Of a DNA stretch of 64,000 nt, positions 52,783 to 62,678 are shown piece after piece (the stretch's first letter is position 1; each line of letters begins with the position of its first letter). The notes beneath the pieces are model-generated. The model was not told where the DNA came from and made no database searches. It saw only the letters and a program-made list of their open reading frames with translations. The DNA is from an uncultured Actinomycetota bacterium (GTDB taxonomy: Bacteria; Actinomycetota; Actinomycetes; Propionibacteriales; Propionibacteriaceae). Location of the stretch: assembly GCA_963821695.1 (NCBI GenBank), contig CAWGEY010000009.1, positions 45,320 through 109,319 on the forward strand, written 5' to 3'. The position numbers were made by a program, and so were the translations under genes.

Positions 52783-53764
52783 GTGACCTCACGGGGGTTC
52801 CGGACCGACGAGCACGACGCTTTCGAACGCCCGCGCCGCCGCACCCGCCCCCGCACGAAGGACCGTCCCGACTACAGCGGCGCCGAGATCGCCACCGTGT
52901 TCACGGTGGACCGCGGCCGCTACCGCACCCTGCTCGACGACCGCGACGTGACCGCGACCAAGGCCCGCACGCTCGGCCGGGCGTCGGTGATCGTCGGGGA
53001 TCGGGTCCGGATCGTCGGAGATACCTCAGGCGAACCCGGGACGCTGGCGCGGATCGTCGAGGTCGAGGAACGGCGGACGGTGCTGCGGCGCACCGCCGAT
53101 GACGACGACCCGTACGAGCGGCCGATAGTCGCCAATGCCGACCAACTCGTGATCGTGACGGCGCTGGCCGATCCGCCACCGCGGACGGGCATGATCGACC
53201 GGATCCTGGTCGCGGGCTACGACGCCGGCCTGGCACCGCTGCTGTGTCTGACCAAGGCCGACCTGGCCAGCTCCGACGAACTGGTTGCGCTCGTACCAGC
53301 CGCTGGGCGTCCGGATCTTCGTGAGTCGGCCCCAGGCCGAGCTGACCGAGCTGCGAGATTTCCTCGACGGCCACGACAGTGTCTTCGTCGGCCACTCCGG
53401 CGTCGGCAAGTCCACCCTGGTCAATGCGCTGATCCCGGGCGCGTTTCGGGCCGTCGGCGTGGTCAATGCCGTGACCGGCCGCGGTCGGCAGACCTCCACG
53501 TCGGCCATCGCCCTGCGGCTGCCGGACAGCACTGGGTGGGTCATCGACACCCCGGGCGTACGTTCCTTCGGCCTCAGCCACGTCAGCGAGGCCCGCATCC
53601 TGGCCGCCTTCGAGGACTTGCAGCAAATCGTCGCGGGTTGTCCGCGCGGTTGCACTCACACCGCGACCGAACCCGAGTGCGCCCTCGACGCCGCCGTGAC
53701 CCGCGGCGAACTGACCGCGGACCGACTGGAGTCGTTCCGGCGGATGCTGCGATCCGGCCAGTAG
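52783..53764 (+). CDS. rsgA: ribosome small subunit-dependent GTPase A; frameshift near 53290
   Basis: RPRTKDRP, LTKADL, GHSGVGKST, IDTPG, CPRGCTH..EC. Confidence 0.93.
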
Positions 53765-53775
53765 CGTTACCCACC

Positions 53776-54687
53776 ATGGCGATCACGAGTGAGGCCGATT
53801 CCGCCTACCGGAATCTCACCGACGATCTGCGGCTCGCGCACCTGCTGGCCGACGACGCCGACTCGATCACCACGAGCCGGTTCAAGGCGCTGGACCTGCA
53901 CGTGACGAGCAAGCCGGACCTCTCCCCGGTCACCGATGCCGACACGGCCGTCGAGGAAGCCCTGCGCCGGACGCTGGGCCGCGCCCGGCCGCGGGATGCG
54001 GTGCACGGTGAGGAGATGGCCGACACCGGATGGGGTCCCCGGCGGTGGGTGATCGATCCGATCGACGGCACCAAGAACTTCGTCCGCGGGGTACCGATCT
54101 GGGCCACCCTGATCGCGTTGATGATCAACGACGAGGTGGTTGTCGGGTTGGTCAGTGCGCCTGCGCTGGGCCGGCGCTGGTGGGCGAGCAAGGGCGGCGG
54201 GGCGTACGTCGGGAAGTCCCTCATGAACGCCACCGAGTGCCATGTGTCCGACATCGCGGCGATCGGCGATGCCTATCTCAGCTACTCCTCGCTCGATGGC
54301 TGGGTGGCCGCCGGTCAGGGCCAGGAATTCGTCGACCTGCTCCGGGGGGTGTGGCGCAGCCGGGCGTTCGGTGACTTCTGGTCCTACATGCTCGTGGCCG
54401 AGGGTGGGGTCGACATCGCGGCCGAGCCCGAGCTCGAACTCCACGACATGGCGGCGTGTGCGGTCGTCGTAACCGAGGCCGGCGGCCAGTTCACCAGTCT
54501 GGAAGGAAAGCCCGGCCCGCTCGGACCCGGTGCCGTCGCCACCAACGGGCGGCTGCACTCCGAGGTGCTGGCGATGCTCACGCCCGAGATCGAGACCGAC
54601 GACGAAGGCGGCGACCGAGGCCGAGCACGAGGCGGGCTCCCCCGGCTGATCGCGCGCAGGCCAGAATGTCGTCATGAACGCGTCTGA
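53776..54687 (+). CDS. hisN: histidinol-phosphatase, inositol monophosphatase family (3' end uncertain)
   Basis: KPDLSPVTDAD, GEE, IDPIDGTKNF, GDFWSYMLVAEG, HDMAA. Confidence 0.9.
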   Translation: MAITSEADSAYRNLTDDLRLAHLLADDADSITTSRFKALDLHVTSKPDLSPVTDADTAVEEALRRTLGRARPRDAVHGEEMADTGWGPRRWVIDPIDGTKNFVRGVPIWATLIALMINDEVVVGLVSAPALGRRWWASKGGGAYVGKSLMNATECHVSDIAAIGDAYLSYSSLDGWVAAGQGQEFVDLLRGVWRSRAFGDFWSYMLVAEGGVDIAAEPELELHDMAACAVVVTEAGGQFTSLEGKPGPLGPGAVATNGRLHSEVLAMLTPEIETDDEGGDRGRARGGLPRLIARRPECRHERV

Positions 54688-54720
54688 TGTCGCGCTCCGC
54701 GCTCCCGAGAGGCTCCGCTG

Positions 54721-55434
54721 ATGAATCTGACCCACCGCTTCTCGGTGCCGGCCGATCTGGACGCGGCATGGGCCGCCTTCAGCCGCCTCGACCAGATCGC
54801 ACCCTGCTTCCCGGGCGCTACCGTCACCGCGGTCAACGGTCGCGATTACGCCGGGTTCGTCAAGATCAAGTTCGGTCCGATTCCGCTGGTGTACAACGGA
54901 TCTGCGCAGGTGACCGAACTCAATCGGGAGGCCCGCCGGATGGTGATCCGGGCGATCGGCCAGGACCGTCGGGGCAACGGTTCGGCGACAGCGGACGTCA
55001 CGGCCACCTTCACCGAGACCGGCACCATCACCGACATCCAGGTGCTCACCGAGTTGTCGATCACCGGCCGGCCGGCCCAGTTCGGCGGCGGCGTGATCAC
55101 GGACGTCAGCGACCGGTTGCTCGACCTGTTCGTGAACTGCATCTCCGCCCGCTTCCGCGACGGGGAGTTCACCCAGGTCGAACGACCAGACGAAGGTGAC
55201 CCGACGATCGAGATCCCGGTCGTGGGCCTGGAGGACCCGGGCGAAACCGCGGCCGCGGCATCGTTCCCGCGCACCGCCCCGTACGTCTACAAGCCGCCCA
55301 GCGACGACGCCCAACCGCACCTGCAGGTGATCGGCACGTTCCTGCCCGTAGTGCTGAAGCGGTACTGGCCGGTGCTGCTCGGCGCGGGGGTCGGACTGCT
55401 GATCGTTCGCCGGGTCCTTCGCCGGCACCGGTGA
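54721..55434 (+). CDS. SRPBCC/CoxG family protein with C-terminal membrane anchor
   Basis: IAPCFPGA, KFGPI..Y.G, GRPAQFGGG. C-terminal TM followed by RRHR. Confidence 0.85.
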   Translation: MNLTHRFSVPADLDAAWAAFSRLDQIAPCFPGATVTAVNGRDYAGFVKIKFGPIPLVYNGSAQVTELNREARRMVIRAIGQDRRGNGSATADVTATFTETGTITDIQVLTELSITGRPAQFGGGVITDVSDRLLDLFVNCISARFRDGEFTQVERPDEGDPTIEIPVVGLEDPGETAAAASFPRTAPYVYKPPSDDAQPHLQVIGTFLPVVLKRYWPVLLGAGVGLLIVRRVLRRHR

Positions 55435-55901
55435 GCACCGCGAACCCAGTCGAGGTCACGGTCTGCGTCGCTCTGCATCGGGAAGGCCGCTGGCTGCTGA
55501 CCGTCCGCGGCGTCAACGTCGCCCACGCACCGGGCACGATCGGGCTGGTCGGCGGCCACCTCGAACCCGGCACCGCCGGGGACGGCTCCGAGGTCGCACT
55601 GCTGGAATCGGACGTCCTGGAGCGGAACGGCCGACGCGAGGTGCTCGAGGAAACCGGAGTGGACCTCGAGGGCACGCCGCTCGCCTATCTGGGCAGCGAG
55701 TCCTTCCGCAGCGACACCGGTACGACCGTGATCGCCGTGACCTTCGTGGCCGAGGTGCCGGACGGGATCGAACCGACACTCGGCGCCCCCGAAGAGCTCA
55801 GTGTCGTGGGTTGGTGGACGCTCGACGAACTGGCCGCGGATCCTCGGTGCGTGCCGTGGACCCTACGTCTGTGCCGGCAGGCCGCCGCGCTGGTCGGGTG
55901 A
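55431..55901 (+). CDS. NUDIX hydrolase
   Basis: GGHLE....RREVLEETG Nudix box with an insertion. Confidence 0.85.
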   Translation: MSTANPVEVTVCVALHREGRWLLTVRGVNVAHAPGTIGLVGGHLEPGTAGDGSEVALLESDVLERNGRREVLEETGVDLEGTPLAYLGSESFRSDTGTTVIAVTFVAEVPDGIEPTLGAPEELSVVGWWTLDELAADPRCVPWTLRLCRQAAALVG

Positions 55902-55920
55902 CCCGCCCGAGCCACGCAGC

Positions 55921-57117
55921 TCAGTCGATGACGCGCAGCCGTACGGTCTCGGGGAGGTCCCGGAGCCGCTCGGTCACTCGAGCGGAGAGCCGACCACCGA
56001 CGTCGGTGATCACGTAGCCCAGATCGCCCCGGGTCGAGAGCACCTGGCCCTCGATGTTGACGCCGGCGTCCCCAAGTACGCCGTTCACCGTGGCGAGCAC
56101 GCCCGGCACATTGTGGTGCAGATGCAGGATCCGGATCCGGTCGCCGGCCTCGGTCTGCACCTGCGGCATGTTCACCGACATGGTGCTGGTGCCACTGGCC
56201 GCGAAGTCCCGCAGCTTGCCAGCCACGAACCGTCCGATGTCCACCTGCGCCTCCTCGGTGGAGCCGCCGATGTGCGGGGTCAAGATCACGTTCGGGAGGC
56301 CGCGCAGACTGGAGACGAACGGGTCGCCCGCGATCTTCGGCTCCTCGGCGAAGACGTCGACCGCGGCCCCGGCGATGTGACCGGACTCCAGCCGCTCCCG
56401 CAGCGCCTCGTGGTCGACCACGATCCCCCGACAAAGATTCAGGAACAGACTGCGCGGCCGCATCTTGTCGAACTCCGCCGCGCCGAACAGCCCGGCGTTA
56501 CCCGGCCGGCCATCCACGTGCAGCGAGACGGTCTCGGCCTCGGCGAGCAGCTCGTCCAGCGTGTCGCAACGGCGGGCGTTGCCGAGGGCGAGCTTGTCCG
56601 CGACGTCGTAGAAGAGCACCCGCATGCCGATCGACTCCGCCACCACCGACAACTGGCTGCCGATGTTGCCGTAGCCGACGATGCCCAGCGTCCGGCCGCG
56701 GACCTCGTGGGCGCCTTTGGCGGACTTGTCCCAGACGCCGGCGTGCATACCTGCGTTCTTGTCGGTGAGCCGCCGGGCCAGTGAGATGATCTCCGCGATC
56801 ACCAACTCGACGACACTGCGGGTGTTGGAGAACGGGGCGTTGAACACCATCGTGCCCTGCTCCGCGGCCGCCACCAGGTCGATCTGGTTGGTGCCGATGC
56901 AGAAGGCCCCGACCGCCAACAGGTGCGGGGCGGTCTCCAAGACCTTCGCGGTCACGTTCGTCTTCGAGCGGATGCCGAGCAGGTCCACCCCGACGAGCGC
57001 GCCGGCGAGCTCGGTCTCGTCCAGCGCGCCTTTTGTCGTCGACACCTCGATCCCCCGCTCACGCAGCAGTCGTTCGGCTTCAGGGTGGATGTTCTCCAGC
57101 AGCAGGGCTTTCATCAC
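55921..57117 (-). CDS. serA: D-3-phosphoglycerate dehydrogenase (short type with ACT domain)
   Basis: ALLLENIHP, FCIGTNQ, GYGNIG, TPHIGGST, HHNVPGVL. Confidence 0.95.
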   Translation of the reverse strand: MMKALLLENIHPEAERLLRERGIEVSTTKGALDETELAGALVGVDLLGIRSKTNVTAKVLETAPHLLAVGAFCIGTNQIDLVAAAEQGTMVFNAPFSNTRSVVELVIAEIISLARRLTDKNAGMHAGVWDKSAKGAHEVRGRTLGIVGYGNIGSQLSVVAESIGMRVLFYDVADKLALGNARRCDTLDELLAEAETVSLHVDGRPGNAGLFGAAEFDKMRPRSLFLNLCRGIVVDHEALRERLESGHIAGAAVDVFAEEPKIAGDPFVSSLRGLPNVILTPHIGGSTEEAQVDIGRFVAGKLRDFAASGTSTMSVNMPQVQTEAGDRIRILHLHHNVPGVLATVNGVLGDAGVNIEGQVLSTRGDLGYVITDVGGRLSARVTERLRDLPETVRLRVID

Positions 57118-57179
57118 GCTCTTCCTGACCTCGACAGCTCGCAGCGGCTCAGTCTAGGTTCGGGCGCCGGACCCGCCCG

Positions 57180-58421
57180 TCATTCTCGCGATCCGGTGGC
57201 CCGTGGGCGACGCGGCAGGGCCGCGCTCAGCACGCCACCGATCTGGGCGCCGATCGCGATCGCGAGCACGGTGTAGCCGACCTGGGCCGCCGGCGTGGAT
57301 GCTACCGGTCCGGAAGCCGCCGAGAGCTGACTGATCGTGACCAGGCCGAGGGACCCGGGGACCAGCAACCAGAACGCCGGCCGGAAAGTCACCGGTGTGG
57401 GCCACCCCGGCCGCAGCCGCTCCAGGATCCGGCACGCCGGCAACACAACGGCCGCGGCGAGACCGCTGGCGACCGGCGCCGGTACGAAGACCTCCGCCGC
57501 GGCGACCAAGCAGTACGTGACCAGCAGGACGCCGGCGATCACCGCCGTCAGCCACCGATCCGCGTCGAAGAAGAGGCCGACGCCGATCGCCATGGCGATC
57601 AGGGCCGGAAATACGACCCAGGTGGGTACGGATCCGATGATGTCTTCCGAGCGGTCGACCGGACGGCCGGCGACCGCGGCCCCCGCCGCGATGCCGACCG
57701 CCAGGGTCGCCCAGGTCAGCAGCCCGGACACGAACCGGCCGCCGCCGGAGACCACGTCGCCGGCGGCCATCTCGATCACGGCGGTCGTGATCGTCGCACC
57801 CGGGATGAGCACGACCAACGGAGCGCAGACGACGTACAGGGTGGTCGGTCCCCATTGGGCGTACGGAGCCAGCGCGTAGACGACGGCGGCCACGGCGAAC
57901 GCGGCCACGAACGGCGTGACCGCCAACCGACCGACACGGCCGCCCCGGGCACGCAGCAGGCCACCGATCGCCAAGCCGAGGACGCAATCGAGCACCACCG
58001 CCCACCATGTCGTGCGGAACACGACGGCGATTCCGGCCGACATCAGCCCGCTCCCCAGGACAGCCAGCACCGGACCGACTGATGCGGGCAGCGAGCGAAT
58101 CTTTCCGAGGTGGACGGTTAGCTCGGCCGGCGACATCGAGACCCCGGCCGCCTCCCGTGCGAGGACGGCCAATCGGGCCGATTGGGCGAAACTGAGCGCC
58201 TCGCCGGCGGCGTTGTACACCCGGCTCGAACCCGACCGCCCGGAGTCGATCAGCACGGCGCCGGGCAGCACCCCGACCGTGATGCTCGACCAGCCCTGGC
58301 CGGCGATGACCGCACGCAGCGCCTCGTCTACGTCGGTCACCGCGTACCCGGCGGCCAGCAGCAAGGTGCCCAACTCCCCGAGCGCAGCCTGGCCCGCGGC
58401 TTCGGGAACGGCGCCGGTCAC
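57180..58421 (-). CDS. threonine/serine exporter (ThrE) family protein; start approximate
   Basis: ELGTLLLAAG..DV, LIPGATIT.A..E, LLVPGSLG, AIAIG. Confidence 0.8.
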   Translation of the reverse strand: MTGAVPEAAGQAALGELGTLLLAAGYAVTDVDEALRAVIAGQGWSSITVGVLPGAVLIDSGRSGSSRVYNAAGEALSFAQSARLAVLAREAAGVSMSPAELTVHLGKIRSLPASVGPVLAVLGSGLMSAGIAVVFRTTWWAVVLDCVLGLAIGGLLRARGGRVGRLAVTPFVAAFAVAAVVYALAPYAQWGPTTLYVVCAPLVVLIPGATITTAVIEMAAGDVVSGGGRFVSGLLTWATLAVGIAAGAAVAGRPVDRSEDIIGSVPTWVVFPALIAMAIGVGLFFDADRWLTAVIAGVLLVTYCLVAAAEVFVPAPVASGLAAAVVLPACRILERLRPGWPTPVTFRPAFWLLVPGSLGLVTISQLSAASGPVASTPAAQVGYTVLAIAIGAQIGGVLSAALPRRPRATGSRE

Positions 58422-58635
58422 GGCCGCGGCGCCGCGTGGACTCGCCGCTCGGCCACGACCGCGCTGATCAAAACCGCGGGCGAAGCCGCCTCCCAGATGA
58501 TCACCAAGGCGGCCACGGGAAGACTCCCGAGCGCCGGCCAGCGCAGCGACGAACGCGGATGGTTGGGACACGAACGGCGGAGAATCGGCAAGCCGAGGTC
58601 CGGTCGAACCTTTCGAAGATCGCCTGATCGTCGAA

Positions 58636-58728
58636 TCAACGGTGCTGCACCTTGCAGTGATCACCTGCGCGGTCGCGGGCGGAGATCTGGACCAGCATGG
58701 CGGTAGCAGCAGCGGGAGAGAGATCCAT
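58636..58728 (-). CDS. putative 30-aa small ORF
   Basis: GAGGTG RBS 6 nt before ATG. Translation MDLSPAAATAMLVQISARDRAGDHCKVQHR*. Confidence 0.4.
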   Translation of the reverse strand: MDLSPAAATAMLVQISARDRAGDHCKVQHR

Positions 58729-58912
58729 GATGATCACCTCGGTTGGGGTCGGTGCGGGGCTCGTTGTGATTCTTGCGTCCTCCGGCCGGCCGCAACAAGA
58801 GAAGAGAGGCCGACGAAAAGGCGTCGACGAGTCCGGTCTCGACCAAAGCTTGGCGGCCTCTCAGTCCAAATTCCTGGTGTACGCCGGACGCCGTTTGCTC
58901 CACAGTTGGACC

Positions 58913-59732
58913 ATGAGGGAGCCAGGGCCGCGTGTCGCGTACTGGATGCGCACGTTCTGCGACCTGCTGCAACGGCCGCACACGTCGATGCCGACCGGCT
59001 TGATCGTCGACCAGCTGAAGGCGACGTTCCGGTTCTCCCAGGTCACCTACAACTGGCGCAACGCGGACGGTCGACTCGGCGTCGAGGTCTGGCCGCATCA
59101 TCTGCTGCCTTGCCCACTCCGACATCCATGCCGAGCTGCTGGCTGGCCGGCTGATCGACCACCACCCACTCATCCGGTGGTTCGCCACGCACGGCGAATC
59201 CGCTCCCGTGGACCAATGGCCGCGTGCCCGCCTGCATGTTGCGAAGGGGCAGTCGCGCAGAGATCCAGGCAGTACTGCGCCGGATCGAGTCCGAACAACA
59301 GCTGTCGATCAGCTATCGGCTGAGCGGTGTGATGCACCGCGCCTTCGTGTTGGGCCGGGACGGGCGCGACTTCGACGACGACGATCTCGTGGTCGCCGGC
59401 TACATCCAACGGGCCCTGCGGGCGCTGGATTATCAGATCGACCTCCTGGCCGGTTGCAGTCGAGCGACCGGATCTCGCGGGCGATCGACCTCGGGCTCAC
59501 CGGCCGCGAGATCACGGTGCTGCAGCTGGTCAGCGCCGGCTTGTCAACCCGCGTCGTTGGTCGAAAACTCGACTGCGCACCGCGCACGGTCGAGAAGCAC
59601 CTGGAACGGATCTACCGCAAGTTGGGCGTGGCCGACCGCCTGAACGCCGTCCGCGTCGCCCGCACGGCTGGTCTCATCGGCGACCAACCAGTCCGGTCTC
59701 AGCGACGGACGCTGGGGGTCGCATCGGCGTAG
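58913..59732 (+). CDS. LuxR-type HTH transcriptional regulator with GAF-like N-terminal region; about 3 frameshifts
   Basis: Segments HPLIRWF, QQLSI..AFVLGRDGRDF and LTGREITVL..RTVEKHLERIYRKLGV.DR lie in different frames. Confidence 0.8.
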
Positions 59733-60682
59733 GCCCGCCAGTCACCGCGGGATTCGGCGGCGAGCAACGCCTCCAGACAGGCGTCGGTGAAGACGTCGGC
59801 GGCAGCGGCCAAGAGCGCGTTGTACGCGAACAGGGCGACCATGGGGTCCGACGAGGGCGGGATCCGACCTGAGGACAGGCAGAAGATGGTGTCCCCGTCC
59901 AGCATCGTGTGCACCGGCCGGATCGCGCGGGCCAGTCCGTCGTGGGCGGTGGCGGCAACCTTGCCGGCCTGCGCCTTGGTCAGCGTCAGGTCCGTCAGCA
60001 CCACACCGATCGTTGTGTTCAGGGGTGGTGCGGCCGCCGCGGCCCAGACCTCGTTCAGCGTCGTCCGCTCATCCTCGGTCGGGACGCCGAGGACGCCGAG
60101 CCGGTCCGCCCAGAGCCGTCCGGTCGCTGGGTCCACCGCCGATCCAGCGGCGTTGACCGCGACCGCGGCGGCGATCGTCCCGCGGCCGGCGCCCAGACCC
60201 AGTTCGGCGTAGCCGAAGCCGCCCTTCAGCCCACCGCACGTCGCCCCCGTACCGGCGCCGACGCAACCGGTCGTCGGGTCGCTGGTGCCCGCGGCCGTGA
60301 GCGCCAGCCGGCCGAATTCGGGCGTCGGCCGGTGACCGAAGTGTCCGCCGCGACCGAGATCGAAGAGCACCGCGGCCGGGACGATGGGAACGATCTCCCC
60401 CGGGTTCCGACCGATCGGGAAACCGCGGCCGGCCGCTTCGAGAGCGGCCACCACGCCGTCGGCCGCGGCGAGTCCGTAGGCGCTGCCGCCGGTCAGGACG
60501 ACCGCGTCCACCCGTTCGACGAGCGACTGCGGATCGAGTAGGTCGGTCTCCCGGGTACCGGGGCCGCCACCCCGGACGTCCACCCCGCCGACCGCGCCGC
60601 TCGGAGCCGAGATGACCGTCGTGCCGGTGAGCCAGCCGTCACCGTCGGCGGTGTGGTGCCCGATCTCGAAGCCGGTGATCAT
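59699..60682 (-). CDS. P1 family peptidase (DmpA/S58-like)
   Basis: GGGPGTRET, LTGGSAYGL, GAGTGA, KGG, NTT, HTMLDGD. Confidence 0.9.
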   Translation of the reverse strand: MITGFEIGHHTADGDGWLTGTTVISAPSGAVGGVDVRGGGPGTRETDLLDPQSLVERVDAVVLTGGSAYGLAAADGVVAALEAAGRGFPIGRNPGEIVPIVPAAVLFDLGRGGHFGHRPTPEFGRLALTAAGTSDPTTGCVGAGTGATCGGLKGGFGYAELGLGAGRGTIAAAVAVNAAGSAVDPATGRLWADRLGVLGVPTEDERTTLNEVWAAAAAPPLNTTIGVVLTDLTLTKAQAGKVAATAHDGLARAIRPVHTMLDGDTIFCLSSGRIPPSSDPMVALFAYNALLAAAADVFTDACLEALLAAESRGDWRAYADATPSVRR

Positions 60683-60707
60683 GTCACTCCCGGAGCTGGT
60701 CGACGCG

Positions 60708-61823
60708 TCAATCCAGCCGGATTTCCCGGCCCGCGTCGGCGGAGGCGTAGCAGGCGTCGACCACGATGGCCCGGACGAGTGCCTCCATCCCGTCGTGACC
60801 CTTGGTCTCACCGGATCGGACCTGGCTGACGAAGTCGGTGACCGCCTCGCCGTGTCCGCCGTCCGGCGGGATGGTTGGCTGGAGGTGCGCGGGAACGCCG
60901 TCCTTCTCGGTCCAGATGCTTAGTCGGTGGTACTCCGGGCCGGGGTGGCCGCCCCACTCGATGTTGGCGCCGCCGTCGGAGCCGTACACCGTCACGTAGC
61001 ACTGATCGTGCGGGATCCACTGCGCCCAACTCGATTCGAGCAGCAGGGTGCCGCCGTCGCCCAACCGCAGGAACGCCGTCGAGAGATCCTCGACGTCGAA
61101 GTCGCTGTCGGCTCCTGATGCCGTTTTGGTCGGTCCGTAGGGGGATCCGCCCTTGCCGCGCGGCCCGAACTCGGCGTAGGTGGCCGCGGTAGCGGCCGTC
61201 ACCTCGGGCTCGCCGAGGAGGTGCATGGCCATGTCGAGCATGTGTACGCCGATGTCCATCAGCGGGCCGCCACCCGCGGTGGCCACCCGGGTGAACCAGC
61301 TGCCCAGCCCGGGGATGCCCTCGCGGCGCAGCCAGCCGGCTTTCGCGTAGTAGATGTGGCCGAGCAGTCCGGCGTCGATGATCTTCTTCAGTGCCTGGAC
61401 GTCACCGCGGCGGCGGTGGTTGAAGCAGATGTCGAGCACTCTGTCGTTGCGCTGCGCGGCCTCCACCATGGTGCGGCCCTTCTCGGCGTTCTCGGCCATG
61501 GGCTTCTCGCAGAGCACGTGCAGGCCGGCGTCCAAGGCACCGATGGCGATCGGTGCGTGCAGCGTCGTCGGGGTGGCGATGCTGACGATGTCCAGTCCGC
61601 CGCTGGCCACCAGGTCCTGCCAGTCGCGGAACCGGTGCTCCTCGGCGACGCCGTACTCCTCGCCGAGCGCGGCGAGCTGGTCGGTCTCCATCCCGGCCAG
61701 GGCCACCAACTCGACCTCGGCTTCCTCCGCGTACGCGGCCATGTGCTGCCGGCCGGCCCAGCCGAGGCCGATCACCCCGGCCCGCAACGGCTTGAGCTCG
61801 GTACCCGTGTCGCGACTGGTCAT
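60708..61823 (-). CDS. Gfo/Idh/MocA oxidoreductase (ThuB-like)
   Basis: GVIGLGWAG, HVLCEKP, GGGPLMDIGVH. Confidence 0.9.
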   Translation of the reverse strand: MTSRDTGTELKPLRAGVIGLGWAGRQHMAAYAEEAEVELVALAGMETDQLAALGEEYGVAEEHRFRDWQDLVASGGLDIVSIATPTTLHAPIAIGALDAGLHVLCEKPMAENAEKGRTMVEAAQRNDRVLDICFNHRRRGDVQALKKIIDAGLLGHIYYAKAGWLRREGIPGLGSWFTRVATAGGGPLMDIGVHMLDMAMHLLGEPEVTAATAATYAEFGPRGKGGSPYGPTKTASGADSDFDVEDLSTAFLRLGDGGTLLLESSWAQWIPHDQCYVTVYGSDGGANIEWGGHPGPEYHRLSIWTEKDGVPAHLQPTIPPDGGHGEAVTDFVSQVRSGETKGHDGMEALVRAIVVDACYASADAGREIRLD

Positions 61824-62605
61824 CGGACGACCCCCTCGCCGCTCAGTTGACCCTTGGTGAATGGTGCCGGCATGTCCACCACCGCCGGCGCGGTCCGGTC
61901 CTGGTCCACCGGAGCGGCCCACTGCACGGCGTTGGCCAGCACGCGCTGGATGTCGGGGTGGTGATAGACGGGATAGCCCTGGTCACCCGGAGAGAAGTAG
62001 AAGATCCGGCCCTTACCGCGCCGCCAGGTGCAGCCGGAGCGGAACACCTCACCGCCGGTGAACGTGGAGAGGAAGATCAGCTCGTCCGGGGCGGGGATGT
62101 CGAAGTACTCCCCGTACATCTCCTGCTCCTCGATCACGATCGGGTGCGGGATGCCGGCGGCGATCGGATGCGCCGGGTTGACGGTCCAGACCAGTTCGGT
62201 GTCGGCAGAGTCGCGCCAGGCGAGTGAGCAGGTGGTACCCATGAGCTTCTTGAAGATCTTGGCGAAGTGTGCGGAGTGCAGCACGAGCAGGCCCATCCCG
62301 CCGAGCACCCGCTCGTACACGCGGTCGACGACCTCGTCGGACACGTCGGCGTGGGTGGCGTGACCCCACCAGGTCAAAACGTCGGTCTGGTCGAGAACGT
62401 CCGGCGCCAACCCGTGGTCCGGCTGGTCCTGGGTCGCGGTGCGGACGTCGACGCCGCCCCCCAGCGAGTTGTGGAGACCGGCGGCGATGGCGCCGTGCAT
62501 CCCGTGGGGATAGCGCTCGGCCATCTCGGCGCGGTCGCGGTCGGCGTTCTCGTGGTAGTTCTCGCCCCAGACGGTGACGCGGATCGAAGACGTAGGTGAA
62601 GGCAC
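61820..62605 (-). CDS. thuA: ThuA domain protein (trehalose utilisation family)
   Basis: VWGEN.HE, YP.GMH, LTWWGH, LHSAH, EMYGE, GEVFRSG, YPVY. Confidence 0.85.
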   Translation of the reverse strand: MPSPTSSIRVTVWGENYHENADRDRAEMAERYPHGMHGAIAAGLHNSLGGGVDVRTATQDQPDHGLAPDVLDQTDVLTWWGHATHADVSDEVVDRVYERVLGGMGLLVLHSAHFAKIFKKLMGTTCSLAWRDSADTELVWTVNPAHPIAAGIPHPIVIEEQEMYGEYFDIPAPDELIFLSTFTGGEVFRSGCTWRRGKGRIFYFSPGDQGYPVYHHPDIQRVLANAVQWAAPVDQDRTAPAVVDMPAPFTKGQLSGEGVVR

Positions 62606-62678
62606 GGTCCCCCAGTCTGCCCAACGCGGCAAGCGTCCGCCGACCTGGTCCGGAAATGACCTGCGAAATCATGGCCTC

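Noticed and set aside
52783-54687. RsgA-HisN fusion (634-aa ORF)
   Set aside because: Artefact of the rsgA frameshift near 53290. rsgA ends at 53764 and hisN has its own start at 53776.
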